Assembly (NCBI RefSeq): GCF_008831285.2
Contig: NC_045138.2
Location: 39,308,001-39,372,000 of the forward strand
Origin: Nymphaea colorata
Lineage: Eukaryota
Direction of reading: 5' to 3'
Length of the DNA stretch: 64,000 nucleotides
The notes under the pieces were generated by a model that saw only the letters and a list, made by a program, of their open reading frames with translations, ran no database searches and was not told where the DNA came from. Numbering within the stretch: the first letter of the stretch is position 1; each line of letters starts with the position of its first letter. Positions 1 to 12,777 of this stretch are shown one piece after another. Position numbers and translations under genes: made by a program.

Positions 1-2841
1 CAAAAAAAGGGAGGAGGATGCTGAATTTGTTGGTTCTCTCTCTTATTTTCTCTCTCTCTTTCGCAATATGTACATAAAGGTTGGATCATTTGTTGTGGGG
101 TTTTTGCCTTTTCGACAATGCCTAAGCTCAAAACCCCAAACCACCCTGGCTCTTGATCTCTCTCTCTCTATTTCTCTCATGCCCCAAAGGTGGTCAATCG
201 TGCCATCGATAACCACCCAACAAGGAAGAGAACATACTTTTTTTTTCCATTTTAGTAGATTCACCAAGTCGTTAAGCGTTGAATAGTTAATTAGATCATT
301 TGGAGAAAACCTAGAAGAAAGATATAGTCATGATCGAGTGTTCGAGTCAACCCACTAACTAGCTGACCCAGTTGGCTGCTGATACGAGTCTGACTCCCAA
401 GTTTGCCAACTATGCCTATATGTACTTTCTTTTAATCAAGAAAAAGGTGGAGAACGACTTTCAAAGGTAGATTCAAAAGCCATGTCCTTATCGTGATATG
501 TGTATTTTTATTAGCAAGCTCTAGGGAAATTTGACTTTTTCATGCTTTCTATCACTTCTTAGAGCCAAACATATTCCACACAAAAGTGTGAAAAAAAACT
601 AACAGAGGAATAGTACATTGTGGAGGCGCTATTTGGCATTGAATTGGCACAAAGGATTTGGAAGCTCAGGATTGCTAAAGTCTAAACCCATTGGTAGCTG
701 GTAGTTGTCAACCTACAAAAATTGGCAACTCATACCAGCTGCCAGCTCCCAAAAAGCATTCATGGTTAATGGAAACTAATAATCCTCACCTTCATACTAA
801 TCAATCGTAGTTCAGATACTGTTGTCAAATGCCAAATTATGTAAAAATAAGGTCAATTCAATCACCTTTATCATGATTCGATATCCTGCAAATTTTTGCA
901 ACAAAAAATAAAGAAGGATGAAAGCTTAAACACATAAATAACATGCACCTGAGTTGGTATGCTGGACATAGAACTGCTAGGAAAGGGGGTTTTGGATTAT
1001 GTTTAGTAAGTTCTAGGCCAACCCAAATTTTCTTTTAAAACATGGCAATCCTAAATCCCCCATTTTTCTTCTTCCTCCAAGCATTTTCTTCTCTAATCTG
1101 CCATAAGAATCCCTCCACCGTGAGGGCCTCATGCCAGTTGCCACCTGTCCTAACCTCCAACAACTACGACTCACTCCAGAAACAGTCTGAAGTTTCCAGC
1201 AATTAGTGGCAACCTAGAGGTACACAGAATTTTATGCTTAGTATGAAATTTTTTTCCAAACAAATCAGCATTTTAACAAGTTCTTTTCTGCTGTTTTGCC
1301 TACTTGAGCTTTAAACTCTTTCTTTATTTTTCTTGTTGAGATATATGGTTCTCTTGTTTTAGATCCTAAATCCTTTATTTATTTTTTCTTCTGTTTCTTC
1401 TTTTATCAAACCCATTTTTCTTATTTTTTGTTTTTGAAATATACTGCTGTGTTTCTATCTATTTTAATGTTTTGATCCGTACCCATTTATTCTGTGTTTC
1501 AAACTCTCTATTAGAATGTGTAAGACATGCCCAATACATTCAGTCACCTATTAGCATCTTGGATAACTGATTCTTCACTTATTTCTTATTTAGTCTTATT
1601 TTACAACCCTCAAGAACTTTTCTCCAGCCATGGTCTAGCGTTCTCGTTTCTTAATCTTGAATACAAATCCATAAATATTTAGTATTTTGCTGAGTCATGT
1701 CTCAAAATAACATGTTCAAATTTCAATCATATTTTGAAGTAACATGCTCAGTCATGTTTTAGCGTTACTCACAATTGCTATTCAATGACATTTAGCATTT
1801 CAGATACAGTTGTTTTCTATCCAGTCATGTTTTATCATATTGAAGAATTTGATTCTTTTCATTTTTCTGCTAGGCCATGGCAGATGAGGTGGAGAAGCTA
1901 GGACCATGGTGACCATTTTGTTATGTACTATGAACAATTCCTTTATCCTATAATTGCAACTAATTATGTAGAAGCACAAACCTATAAAATATTTTGCTTG
2001 AATTCTGTGAATCATTGCAACTTATGACTTATTCAATTGGATTTTGCGGCTCATGACTATTAATTACATATATAAATATATCCCGCTATACCCCTGTACC
2101 GACATTTTCTTGAAATCACCATGTCTACCCTTTGTACCTATACCTGGACAAGCAACCATGGACTTAGTCCAAAACATGGTTGCTAACAATTAGGAATGAG
2201 TCACTGACACTTGACCAACCAAAACTAGAAGGGTTTGAAGAGAGCAATGGCTATCACTTGGCATTTGTGAATCATGAGCATGTACCTTTCATACACATAA
2301 TCAGAAATGGTACCTCAAGGTCCTCGTTAGATGGAAAAGATAATGTGATTATCTAGAGAAAAAAAAAACAAGAAATTGTGTGGAAACAATCATTGAACTA
2401 GAGCACAAAAACAATTGAAACTATCACCGACAGTCACATGATTCCATAGAGAATGAGAGTAAAAGACTTCACATTTCAGGTCCTGTGGACTTGAACCAGT
2501 GGAGCCATGGGTAAGGATAGAGAGGGGAGAGAAACAAACACACAACCCTAACCCTAAAAAAGGTAAGGACAGGAGGAGGAGAAGGGTCAGAAGGCAGCTT
2601 TAAGGAAGGGAAAGGAAACAAACACACATGCGCATTCTCCCGATGCAGTAGGCTGCCATCGAAGATGTTTCCTTGACATGGTCCTGCTGATCCATTTACA
2701 TTTGTGTCAAAAGATTTTATAGTAGTTACAAGCCATGCATCAACAGCTCTTCAGGTTCTGTATCATGATACAAACAAAAACAGTACAACGAGCAAGTGTT
2801 CTTCTTCCTCCTTAAAAACAGAAATCTAGCTATTCTCTTAC

Positions 2842-3793
2842 CAGGTGCAATACATCAATGCTGACATTCGCTGCATCAACACCCACTATAGTTACCAACA
2901 AAACATTGCTGGCAGCATCACCAGAAGTTTTATTATGGACAATTTCTTGCCTGTTGGAATACTGAATATAGACGGTCTTCCCACGAACCTGAGCTGGCTC
3001 TGGTGATGAAGCATAATATGAAATCATTGCAATAGCTTGGTTTAATTCAGCCTGAAACATACAGTTAGACAGGTAAGGTGCAGTCGTGCAGAGACATACT
3101 AATTATTAAATCACAAACAATCTTCTATACTGTGACTTCATTTTCTTTTAAAGTTTCTCACTTTCTCAGGCACGAAATAGCAAAGCATCATGAAGGCACT
3201 CATCCATGCTTAGTTATATACACACACACTTTGCAACCATTTTGAAACTTTTGAAAATATCATCAGTATGATATGTGGGTCTTAGGCCCATCTGGGACTA
3301 AGAAAATGCTCACAAACTAAACACAGAACACATCAGAGTTACTTATCCCAAGTTTATTCAAAATCCGTACGACCTACAAAAGGGCACTTATCTGTTTAAG
3401 CCAACATCCCCAAAAAAAGAAGGAAATGAAAAGAATATGGGTTTCCTGGCATGGGTTACTTATAAATGATGACTAACGAAAGATAATCCTACAATGGCAT
3501 GCATGTTCCTGTTTAATTTGTACTGAAAAACCAGATGTTCGGATGTTCAAAAGTCCCACAGTAAATTTTCAGCAGCAGTGAGAACAGGAAAATAAAAGAT
3601 GACTTACGAATTCAATAAATGCTTGATTGCGATTTGCTCCAACATTACATTTGGTGTTGACTATCCTTCCAAAAGGTTTCCCCAGCTCAATCAACTCCTC
3701 TTCTGTGCATTCCCATGGTAAGTTTCTTAAATGGAGCACTTTAGAAGGTGGTTGAGTGTAACGAAACTGAGGTTGTCCAGATACAGATGCCAT
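2842..3793 (-). CDS. PTB: Polypyrimidine tract-binding protein homolog (plant PTB1/PTB2 type), first two coding exons; the gene continues beyond the left edge
   Basis: Coding exons 3793-3608 (MASVSGQPQFRYTQPPSKVLHLRNLPWECTEEELIELGKPFG...NQAFIEF, donor GTAAGT) and 3051-2842 (AELNQAIAMISYYASSPEPAQVRGKTVYIQYSNRQEIV...VLHL, donor GTAAGA) join in phase 0. This is the typical plant PTB RRM1 and start of RRM2. The next expected exon (VFSAFG...) was not found in 1-2800. Confidence 0.95.
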
Positions 3794-3878
3794 CCCAGCA
3801 GGAAGCCCAGAAGACAAATATGAAAAGCTATCATACAAAGAAGATACGATCACAAGTAGCAGAGGAATCTATTGAAAC

Positions 3879-4411
3879 CTGGTGGAAGTAACCAGGAAAA
3901 AATTCACTAATGAGTTACAGATTTTTTAAAATTCATTCTCCTAAGAAAAGTTCCATACAAACAGTGGAGCTTGGAATTGAAACAATAAAAACTATAAGAT
4001 GTAAAAGAAGCATAGAAACTTTACCACCAAACTTTAGTTATTGCTCAAAATCGAAAAACAAAACTGCTTCACGGTTCTTTTTCCTCTTCCCTTCTATTCG
4101 TGCAATACGATTCATCTGGATATACTACTTCACATCCCACAGTAATTTAAATAAATCAATCAATCAACCAGATAGCGTCAACATCAAACCCTAGCCCCCG
4201 AAACAGAGCCCTGACCCCCAATCCTGATAGGAAACCGTACATTTATCCTAGCTCCTCAATCCCAACCATGAACCCTATCCGCAGTCACCGTCATATATTC
4301 GAATCAAAACCGGAAACTTTTATCCAATCGCAAAACCATCGAGTCCCAACCCCAAACAACCAATCAGTACCAGAGAGACAAAGAGAGATAGCGGGGAAAA
4401 GAGAGAGAGAC
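3879..4411 (-). other. 5'UTR intron of the PTB gene
   Basis: Donor GAAG|GTCTCT at 4411 and pyrimidine-rich acceptor TTCCACCAG| ending at 3879. The upstream non-coding exon lies at about 4412-4500. Confidence 0.6.
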
Positions 4412-5269
4412 CTTCTTTGCCGAGTCTGCTGCTTTCACCGCACGATCACCCAGATTCAACTAGACAGAGAGAAACGCAGGAAGCGAGAAGAGATCGAGGG
4501 TCTCGGTGTCGGTGTCGGTGTCGGAGGGTCGACGCCTCTCAGGATCTAGTTCCCCCACGCCACCCTAAGATCATTTTCTAGTCAGACGACTCAGACCCAA
4601 CCAACCAATAAAAAGAATCATATCCATAGTTACCCGCATCTGGGCGGCTGGCCGATTAACATGTCTGCCCCCGCGTTTATTTAAGTATTACACATTAGTG
4701 CCTGTGATTGTCACATATAAATCGATGTCATTAATGAGATAACACAAAATTATTTTCTCTCCAATGGCTGAAAAGGAGTGTGCATTGTGTATTATTCACT
4801 TTCACCAAGTTCCACTCATCGCTTCTCAAAATTTGGACACAAGCTGAAATATCTTCTTCTTTTCTTTTTTTTTATAGAAGACAAGGAAAGTTTTTTAAAA
4901 TTTACATGTAAATTTTTAAAAAAATGACGTGGATCTAGTCATATCGATCTATTAATGTATTATTAGTCCATAAGGCATTGTTGTATTATGAGTGATTTGA
5001 AACAGTCATATTACCTAATACTATGATTATTAGGATTCTATAAAATTTCTAATATGCAAAAGAAAAATAATATTTAACACGACGACATGTCATCTTTTGA
5101 AGTGTTTGGTAATTGAAATATTGTATTAACATTTCATGAATATGTTCCAATGATCATATTAGATTCAGCATTTTTTTAGTATTCAATAAATTTGTCCTGG
5201 GACAAATTTATAGAACAAAATACAATGTTCCTACTATCAAAGGCCCCTATTTGTTCATTTTTCCTTTGA

Positions 5270-7060
5270 AGCTAAGTTGTTTGTTATGAGAGACCATGAT
5301 CACAAACATTTACGTTTTAAATAGAGTGTCATCCAAATAAGTAGAGATAACACCTTATGAATTGTGGATTGGAAGAAAGACAAATCTTAATCATATAAGA
5401 AAATGAGTATCAATTGATGACCAACAAGAAGATCAAACACCTTTAGATACCATAAATGATATACGCAAGCCTTCAATTAAACAAAATCTACTCATTCAAA
5501 TTAATGATTCAATGTCAAATGAAGAACCTAGACATTATATTACTCTTCCTTTTTTAATTTGATTATTACTGTGTACAGAGGCAAAGCCAGAATTTTTTCA
5601 TGAATGGAGCCAAATTATAATTCCAAATTTTAACAAGAACCAAAATATAATTTTTCAAAATTTGTATGTAGGATGCTTACAAATATAAAAGCAATCAGTT
5701 GTAAATAGGTTCGTCGAGAGAAATATAAAGCATATGGAAATATTAACAAATTTAAAACTAGGTTAGTTGCAAAAGAATACTTTTAATGTGAATGGATAGA
5801 GTACATAAAAACATGCTCCTCTGTAGTAAAACTTGCTCAATTCATAGTAAACATGCCCCTGCGCCCACTATCCCTAGAGTTCACGGAGGTTAGTTTGGAA
5901 CCTATTAGAGGAGTGCATTGAGATGTGACCATGACTACCACAGAAATTGAATCCAATACCCTTAATGAGGTGGACTGCCTTACTGCCCAGTGCACTACAA
6001 CCGCTTGGGGTGTATTAGGTGGATGTTAAAAGTGTTTTCTTAATTTAAATGAAACTATTTATATGGAGCAACTAGAAGGTTTCATGGTTGTTGGACACAA
6101 AAATAAATTATACTAGTTGAAAAATTATTTGTATAGTTTTAAATAATCTCCAAGGCAATGCTATTTAATATTTAATAAGCCATTGTCTAGTTTGAGATAT
6201 AAAACAAACAAACTAGATCATTGTGTTTATGTAAAGAATAGTGGAGTAAGTTTACAGTTTTGGCTGTGAAACATCATATATACTTCTAGAGACAGACAAT
6301 CCAAGTTGTCGTGCTTTAAGTCAAGAGAAATATTTTGATCACATCATAAAAAAAAAATAAAATAGAACTAAGTAAATCGAAGTCCACTCCTATAGCAAAA
6401 AGCTTAAGGTTAAGTAAAAACACTTTGTGGGGAAAGTAAACTACAAGTCCCTTATGTCAGGCATTTGGAAGTCTGATATATGCAATGCTATGGATTATAC
6501 CTAACATTAGTTTAGTTGCCAGTCTAGTAAGTAGATTAAAAAAAAAAAACTTTGCCTTCCTCATTGGGATGCGGTGAAAAGAATATTTAGGTACGTAGAA
6601 GGCACAAACAAGCTTAAGTTGTGGTATCAAGCAAATCAATTAAAATTGATTGAGAACTTGATGTAGATTTTGCTGGAGATAAATTTGAAGAAGAATCTAG
6701 CCCTTGATATGTGTTTATGGTAGGAGGTAGAGTCATCTTTTGGTCTTTTAAGAAACATGGATGTATTGTTATACATACACAAGAAGTAAAATATGTAGCG
6801 TGTAATATGACAATAACATTTCGAGTATGGATAAACTGGTTCTTAAACTATTTACATTTACATATTCTTAAAGAATTAGTACAATTGGAATATGATAACA
6901 AACCAACCATACATCTAATTTACACTAGAGCAGATAGCTCAAGAAGTAAACATATTGGAGTTAAATATCAACGTGTACTTGACATTTAAATGCAAAATTA
7001 AGTGATTATATTCTATCAAAAGATATGGTAGCAGATCCGTTGACAACAGCAGTAATGGAA
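5270..7060 (+). mobile_element. Decayed Ty1/copia LTR-retrotransposon pol remnant (integrase end, RT, RNase H) with stops, frameshifts and nested insertions
   Basis: Translated fragments: IYVLNRVSSK*VEITPYELWIGRK (~5308-5380); KFKTRLVAK-like (~5750); VDVKSVFLN and IYMEQLEGF (6019-6083); VFMVGGRVIFWSFKK...YDNKPTIHL...SRSKHIGVKY (6711-6970); MVADPLT (~7025-7045). These match canonical copia motifs in the correct order. LTRs were not identified. Confidence 0.85.
5851..6010 (-). mobile_element. tRNA-derived SINE-like insertion interrupting the copia RT
   Basis: Minus strand starts CCCCAAGCGGTTG, then TAGTGCACTGG (box A-like) and GGATTCAATTTC (degenerate box B). Copia RT homology stops near 5850 and resumes at 6011. 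Confidence 0.5.
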
Positions 7061-9367
7061 GTTTTTTTTTTTTTTTTTTTTTGTTTTCAAGGCATGTATG
7101 TAAGTCAAATGGAACTTAGATATGTTAGCACTTTATTAAGCTATTGTGAACTTGAAAATAATTATAGCTCTTATTAGAACTTAGTTTCTCCAAGAGTCAA
7201 GACCATTCCAACCCTCCCTCGTTAATGCGAATTCTTTATGAAGTATGGCTTTCGTTCTTATGTATATGTGCCCAAATAGAGTTAAATGTGGTACTAGACA
7301 AAATTTTAAACTTTGGTTGCAAGTAATTGATGTCACAAAATTTCAAGTGTATATTTTGTTCAAATTTAGACAAATCTAAATAGATTAACAATTATATTCA
7401 TTCTTATCAACAAAAGATTAAAAAAAAAAAAGAAGAACGAAAGCCATACTTCATCGAGTCCGACTAAATGGAGAGTGAGGACCACCCGCCAACAATTCAC
7501 ATAGAGAGTAGGCGCTGGAGACTGGACCACAATAGTACGAGCCAAGTCGCGAGCTAGAAAGCACGAGCCTGGACGCGTGACCGGTTCGTTTTCAGAAGCT
7601 CTTTTTTGGGCTCGCAGCATCGCTGCCACTCTTTCTTAGGAAGCCGTGCAGCGAAAGGAAGGAAGCTATCCTGCCTTGTTCTAAAACTTGCGAAGATGAT
7701 CAATGGAACAACCGCCGATGTGTAAAATGTTATATTACATAAACATATTATATGCTGAATTTGGGTTCTTTAATTCATGGGTTTAAACTTATGGCCAAAT
7801 TCAAAGCTTCCCAACAAAAAAATATAAGTGAAAGGAGCTTGAGTCGCCTATATAAAGCAAAATGAATTAATTAAGCTTAGGCGACAACGGCCCAACATAA
7901 GAGCAAGGAGTAACCATTTGCAAATTTTAACCACTTAACCACATCCACAACTTGGTTCATAAATTTTATAGTGCGTAGTCTGTAATCTATTCTTCATTTT
8001 ATCTATCTCCATATATTTTAAATTATTGACGAATATAAAAGTTATTTTTTTATTAGTAACAGAACATAAGCTCCAAACAGACATGGAAGATGTTTTGGGA
8101 ACCATTATTTTGTGCACGAATATGAAACTCGTAGCGAAAGTTTGGCGCCATCAAAATCACACTCCAAAATTTTGAAAAACAGGCAAAATAAATGCTATGT
8201 AAAAAGAAAAAAAGAAAAAAGCGGCAGACACGGATTTTCTGCAGTCTGCCTCCGATATTTCCCTCATTGTTTGTGCGGTCACGTGGCAGGCAGCTGTCAA
8301 CGTTTAAAGCCGCACGTGTAGATCCGTCAGCGACCGATGACATTGCAGGTGGGCCCCACGCCCACCCTGGCACGCAGCGGGCCCCCTCCCTGGCCCTTGC
8401 CAGGCCGCTGATCCTTCGTGGATGTCTGTGCCGTCCGGGAACGAGGTGTTCCCGTAAAGCGCCGGAGGCGCAGCTTGGTGCGCCGCTGGGCGAGCCATGT
8501 CCATGTTGGTTCGTTAAAAGCGAAACCCCGGTCGAGCCAACTCGCAGCGCTTGTCCCGAACCGAGCTCGGCGCGCACCCGCTCGAGCCAAGGTCGAGCCC
8601 GTTATCGGGCTTGGCTCGAACCCAGGTCCGTCCAGGGGATGCTTTCGAAAATGTACCAGCGGGGAAGCAACAAAAGCAAGAGATCATAGATTGTACAAAC
8701 GGATCTCCTTTGAACTTGTTAATTTGTTCCTCCCCTTTCTTTTGGGGGCTACCTTCAATGGTCCCCCTCCGTAGTGTTGTATCGTGGGGGAGCGCAAAGG
8801 CCTAGGTGCGTCCTGGATGAGTCGTCCCACTCATCGATTCGGACGCCCTTTTCATCGCCTGCTTTGCTGGTCGAGTTGGAGTTTTGGGGACCATCCTTGA
8901 TCAACGTCCTCTACGTCCCCACCGTATCGCAGGACGTGATCGATGGATGGATTCTTCGTTAGGCGCTCCATATTGATACCTCATGTCAGACCAGTTCTTG
9001 CCTCCTAACTCTGCCACTCTCTCCCTGCATGAAACTGGTGCAGTAAAAGTGAAAATCTAGGTCTGAGTGTTATCATGAGAGAGCGGGGGTGGAGGCATGA
9101 TGTGTGGACAAATTGCCCACACAGGCCCACTAAAATGGTTATCTTCATTCATATTGATATATATCTAATGCCCTTTAAAATTTAAAAATTTATTACTGCC
9201 AGAACTTTGTAGCTTGCTGTGGAGAGGAATGAACAGTCGTGAAATATTTACGCTGAATCATCGTTGCTCGCTCCTTAGATTCATCTTGACGAGCGTCTGT
9301 CAATGGGAACAATTTCTGAAGCTGTGCGCCACGTACGGGAGTACTCATGAAATGCACGCAGCTATCT

Positions 9368-9373
<6 letters not shown>

Positions 9374-9414
<41 letters not shown>
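9374..9414. repeat. (CT)n microsatellite
   Basis: About 20 CT units read directly. Confidence 0.95.
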
Positions 9415-9417
<3 letters not shown>

Positions 9418-11043
9418 GTTCTGAATCTGCAAGGCCTGCTAAACGGATGGACTTACAGAGGGACCCGGCAGCATCTCTCCGGTCTCGTGGTTTCTCATGG
9501 CAGGCCTGATTTCGTCCACAGGCGATCGGAATTTGCTCTGTAGTTGAGGCGCAGATAATGCCATTCTCGTACGACGTTTGTATTTCCGCAACTTTTTGGA
9601 ATATATGTAGCATAGCTTCAAAGCAATGGCTTTACGAAGATAGTTTTTTCCTTATCTTTTCTTTTGTAACAGATCAGTGCTCTTCTTTTGGCTTTTAAAG
9701 AGTGGGAATGCCGTGACAGTAACTTCGTCTTCAGATTTCATTGCTCTTAAGTTCTACTAAGAGTTTAAGTAGTCGAGTAGCAATTTCGCGCTTTAACGAA
9801 AGCTGCCGGGGATTGCCCAAATGAATTCAAGCAACCTCAACCATATATAAAATTAGAACCAAATCAAAACTATACATCAGTCGGAAAAATGCAACCTAAT
9901 GGCAACAGACTCCCAGTTATGCTCGTTAAAGAAAAACCTAAACAAAATATTCTAACTATCGAACATCTTGCTCAGTAGGGCATGGGACCCACCTGCATAA
10001 AAACCAAACTTTGTGGGGATATTCTGCGGGACCCACCAACGCTGTCGTCTGTGAAGAAAATAAGAGGCATTTCTTTTCCTTTTTTCTGGTCATATTTATT
10101 TATTTCCACTGTTGCCATTTCCCGCGTTAAAACGCCAGCTTACGATGGTCCCCTCCAATCGGACAGGGACCCCCCAACCCCAATCTTGGGATGACCATAT
10201 TACCCTCGTCAGGTAACCTACGCCCCAGAGTTGGTATGCCACGCACGAGATCCTCATTGGGTTGTCGACCGAGCGTTGCCTTATACAAACTCAGGAAACT
10301 GCAACCATAGTTCAATCTAGACTGCGGGCACTTGATTTTCAAGTTTGGCTTTTTTAATATACATTTTATAATCACCTTATCTTATTTCCCAACTAGAATA
10401 ATATCCGGATTGTGGATGCAAGGAGTTAGAGGGGGGCTGCATGTTCGGACCCGAACATACTGTTCATATGTTTTGACCCTTTACAAGCTACGCTGTTAAC
10501 TCTGAAAATAGTTGAATTTTCTTTACATTTTATCCGTATAAAAGGTTTTTTAATTTTCATATAGTATGTCAGTATGAATTTACTCATTTTGTGAAGTATA
10601 TTCATAAAACAGTAACCAATATTGTACTCAAGTAAGCGGATTAATTAGAAGCACACACTACGGAGAAGGATACGATTGTCATTGCGGCAACAGGCTTACA
10701 ACAAGGCGGACATAACCCAGACATAATTTGGTGGTCCCACGAATTTCCTTTCAGCATCATGGAATACGTCGCTGCCTAATTTAATCCTAGCAAAAAGGGC
10801 GAGACCACGTTAAACTGCGGTAAAAAGTGAGAGACCCATCGTGGTTTTAGATTATCAACGTTAACTTTTAAATCCAACAAGAGAGATTGAAAATTTTGAC
10901 AGCTGATCCAAGAGCAAGGAAGCGGATAAGAGACTTTCTCCTTCCTTCTGTGTTTTATAAATGCAGAGAGAGGCACCTTCTTCATCCTCCATCCTCCATC
11001 GAGACAGAAAGAGAGAGATACGGAGAGGTTCAAAGAAGCAGCG

Positions 11044-11581
11044 ATGGAGGGTGGCACAGTGACTCCAGCATCGGCAGGAGAGCTCTATTTCGTTTTCATG
11101 GACTTCGATCCTGAATATGAGCGTCTAAGATCTAACAGGTCGAGTTGCTCACTCTCTCTCTTTCTCTAACGGGTGCGGTGCTTAAAAATGTGTTCTGTTG
11201 CATGTGCCTATACGATCAGCTGCGGTTTCATCTCTGTACTCGGGTGTTGCAGGTCGAAGAATGGGGACAATGGGTTAGACGCGTATCTTAGCAAGAAGCA
11301 TGACATGTTGCTGGAGAGAGTGCTTGAGCCGGGGACCTACACTAAGAGATTTTCCTGGGTCATTGTTGATGGATTTGGCGTTGAGATAACAAAGGAGCAG
11401 GTAACATTCCATCCTTTCCCCACTTCTCCTCCATTACAGTTCCCTGGTATACTTTTCCATAAAAAATAAGACCCCACCTCGTCTAGAGAGCAGACATTTT
11501 TTTGATCTTGTTGAGCAGGCAAGCCGGCTTAGATCTGCAGAGGGAGTGAGAGTGGTGGAGAAGAATCTAGAGTTCATTTGA
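11044..11581 (+). CDS. Small (101 aa) peptidase inhibitor I9 / subtilase-propeptide-like protein, 3 exons
   Basis: Exons 11044-11138, 11253-11400 and 11519-11581 are all GT-AG and phase-compatible (306 nt): MEGGTVTPASAGELYFVFMDFDPEYERLRSNRSKNGDNGLDAYLSKKHDMLLERVLEPGTYTKRFSWVIVDGFGVEITKEQASRLRSAEGVRVVEKNLEFI*. The Y-F-V-F-M...H-D-x-L-L...G-F...A-x-x-L-R...G-V-x-x-V-E pattern is typical of I9. TATA-like TTATAAAT at ~10955. Confidence 0.85.
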
Positions 11582-12737
11582 TATGCAATATGGTAATTGA
11601 ACTCTTGCTCCTTGCTGATCTTTGGAGCGAAGACGCAGGGTCTCAAGAACATGACTGATGGCAATGAGAGAACGCCTAAAGGGCAGTGCCATTAACTGCG
11701 GATAGTTTTTCCTTTTCATCTCTTATGCGAATCTTAAAAGCATATAAACTTGTAGGAATATATGATATCATGACATGATGTACGAAGAAGGGGAGACGGC
11801 GATTACTGGAGGACTGAAATTAAGTGGACTTTGAAGAAGAAGTCTTCATTCTGGAGTTTAGAAAGAGAGAGAGGTCGCAATGATACAGAAGAGAGACTAT
11901 GATTTTTGTTTCATGTATGTGGGGAACAAAGGGAAAAATATTTGCCATGTACCAGCTTTTTGCATCTATAATGAGGAGGCGACCCTCTATGGCGAGGCAC
12001 ATGGGCCTCCTTTTGATTAACTTTATGTGTCGCTGTTGTTTTCCACTCCATTGTTTGTTCGAAGGCATATTCCACTCGCATGTGCAGTGCTCTGTGTCCT
12101 GGAAACTTTGTGAGGAGTCGAATCGAGGACACTAAGTACGAAGGCTCATGGTTGGAGTTGAAATGCACAGAGCTAAAAAAGTTAAAAATCTTTCCATCAG
12201 GTAGCAGAGTTTCTTGTTCGGTCGACCCAAACGCAGTAAAAGTTGTTTGGGGTAAAGGTTAAAATGCCTTTGGCGCAAAAAAGGTGGAAAAAAAATGGTA
12301 ATAAATGAAAAATGCCTCGTTAAGGACAAAATAGGGAGAAGAATTATTTTCCTTCAACTAGCTCATAGAAATTGCATGTAAAGTGTTGTGAAGAGGTGTT
12401 TGGCAAAAAGAAGAAAAGCACCATGTTCTTATTTCATAAAATATAGTATTATTTTGTCCAGCATTTGATTCTGCTTCATTGAAGAGAAAAACAAGGTGTG
12501 TTTAGATAATGTATTATAAGATTGAATATGCGTTCGACTGACACAATGTTTTCTCTATCAAATGGCCTCTGTATGTGAGAGTAACACATACTTTTTTTTT
12601 TAGTCTTAACCCATTTAGAATAATAGGCATGATCTCTTGGTGTGACTGAGAGAAAGACTTAGCTCAGCTTGGCCAGTTCTATGACCTTGATGATCCTTTC
12701 TAGCCAGTTCATTTGAATCAGCATACATCAGCTTAAC

Positions 12738-12777
<40 letters not shown>

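Noticed and set aside
2543..2560. AACCCTAACCCTAAA telomere-like motif
   Set aside because: Only two units, inside the PTB intron. Not an interstitial telomere array or a telomerase RNA.
8053..8805. Several overlapping 80-170-aa ORFs on both strands
   Set aside because: Expected from high GC content; no recognisable domain or splice structure.
9430..9510. AGGCCTGCTA/TGGCAGGCCT fold-back as a miRNA precursor
   Set aside because: The stem is only ~10 bp and matches no known family.
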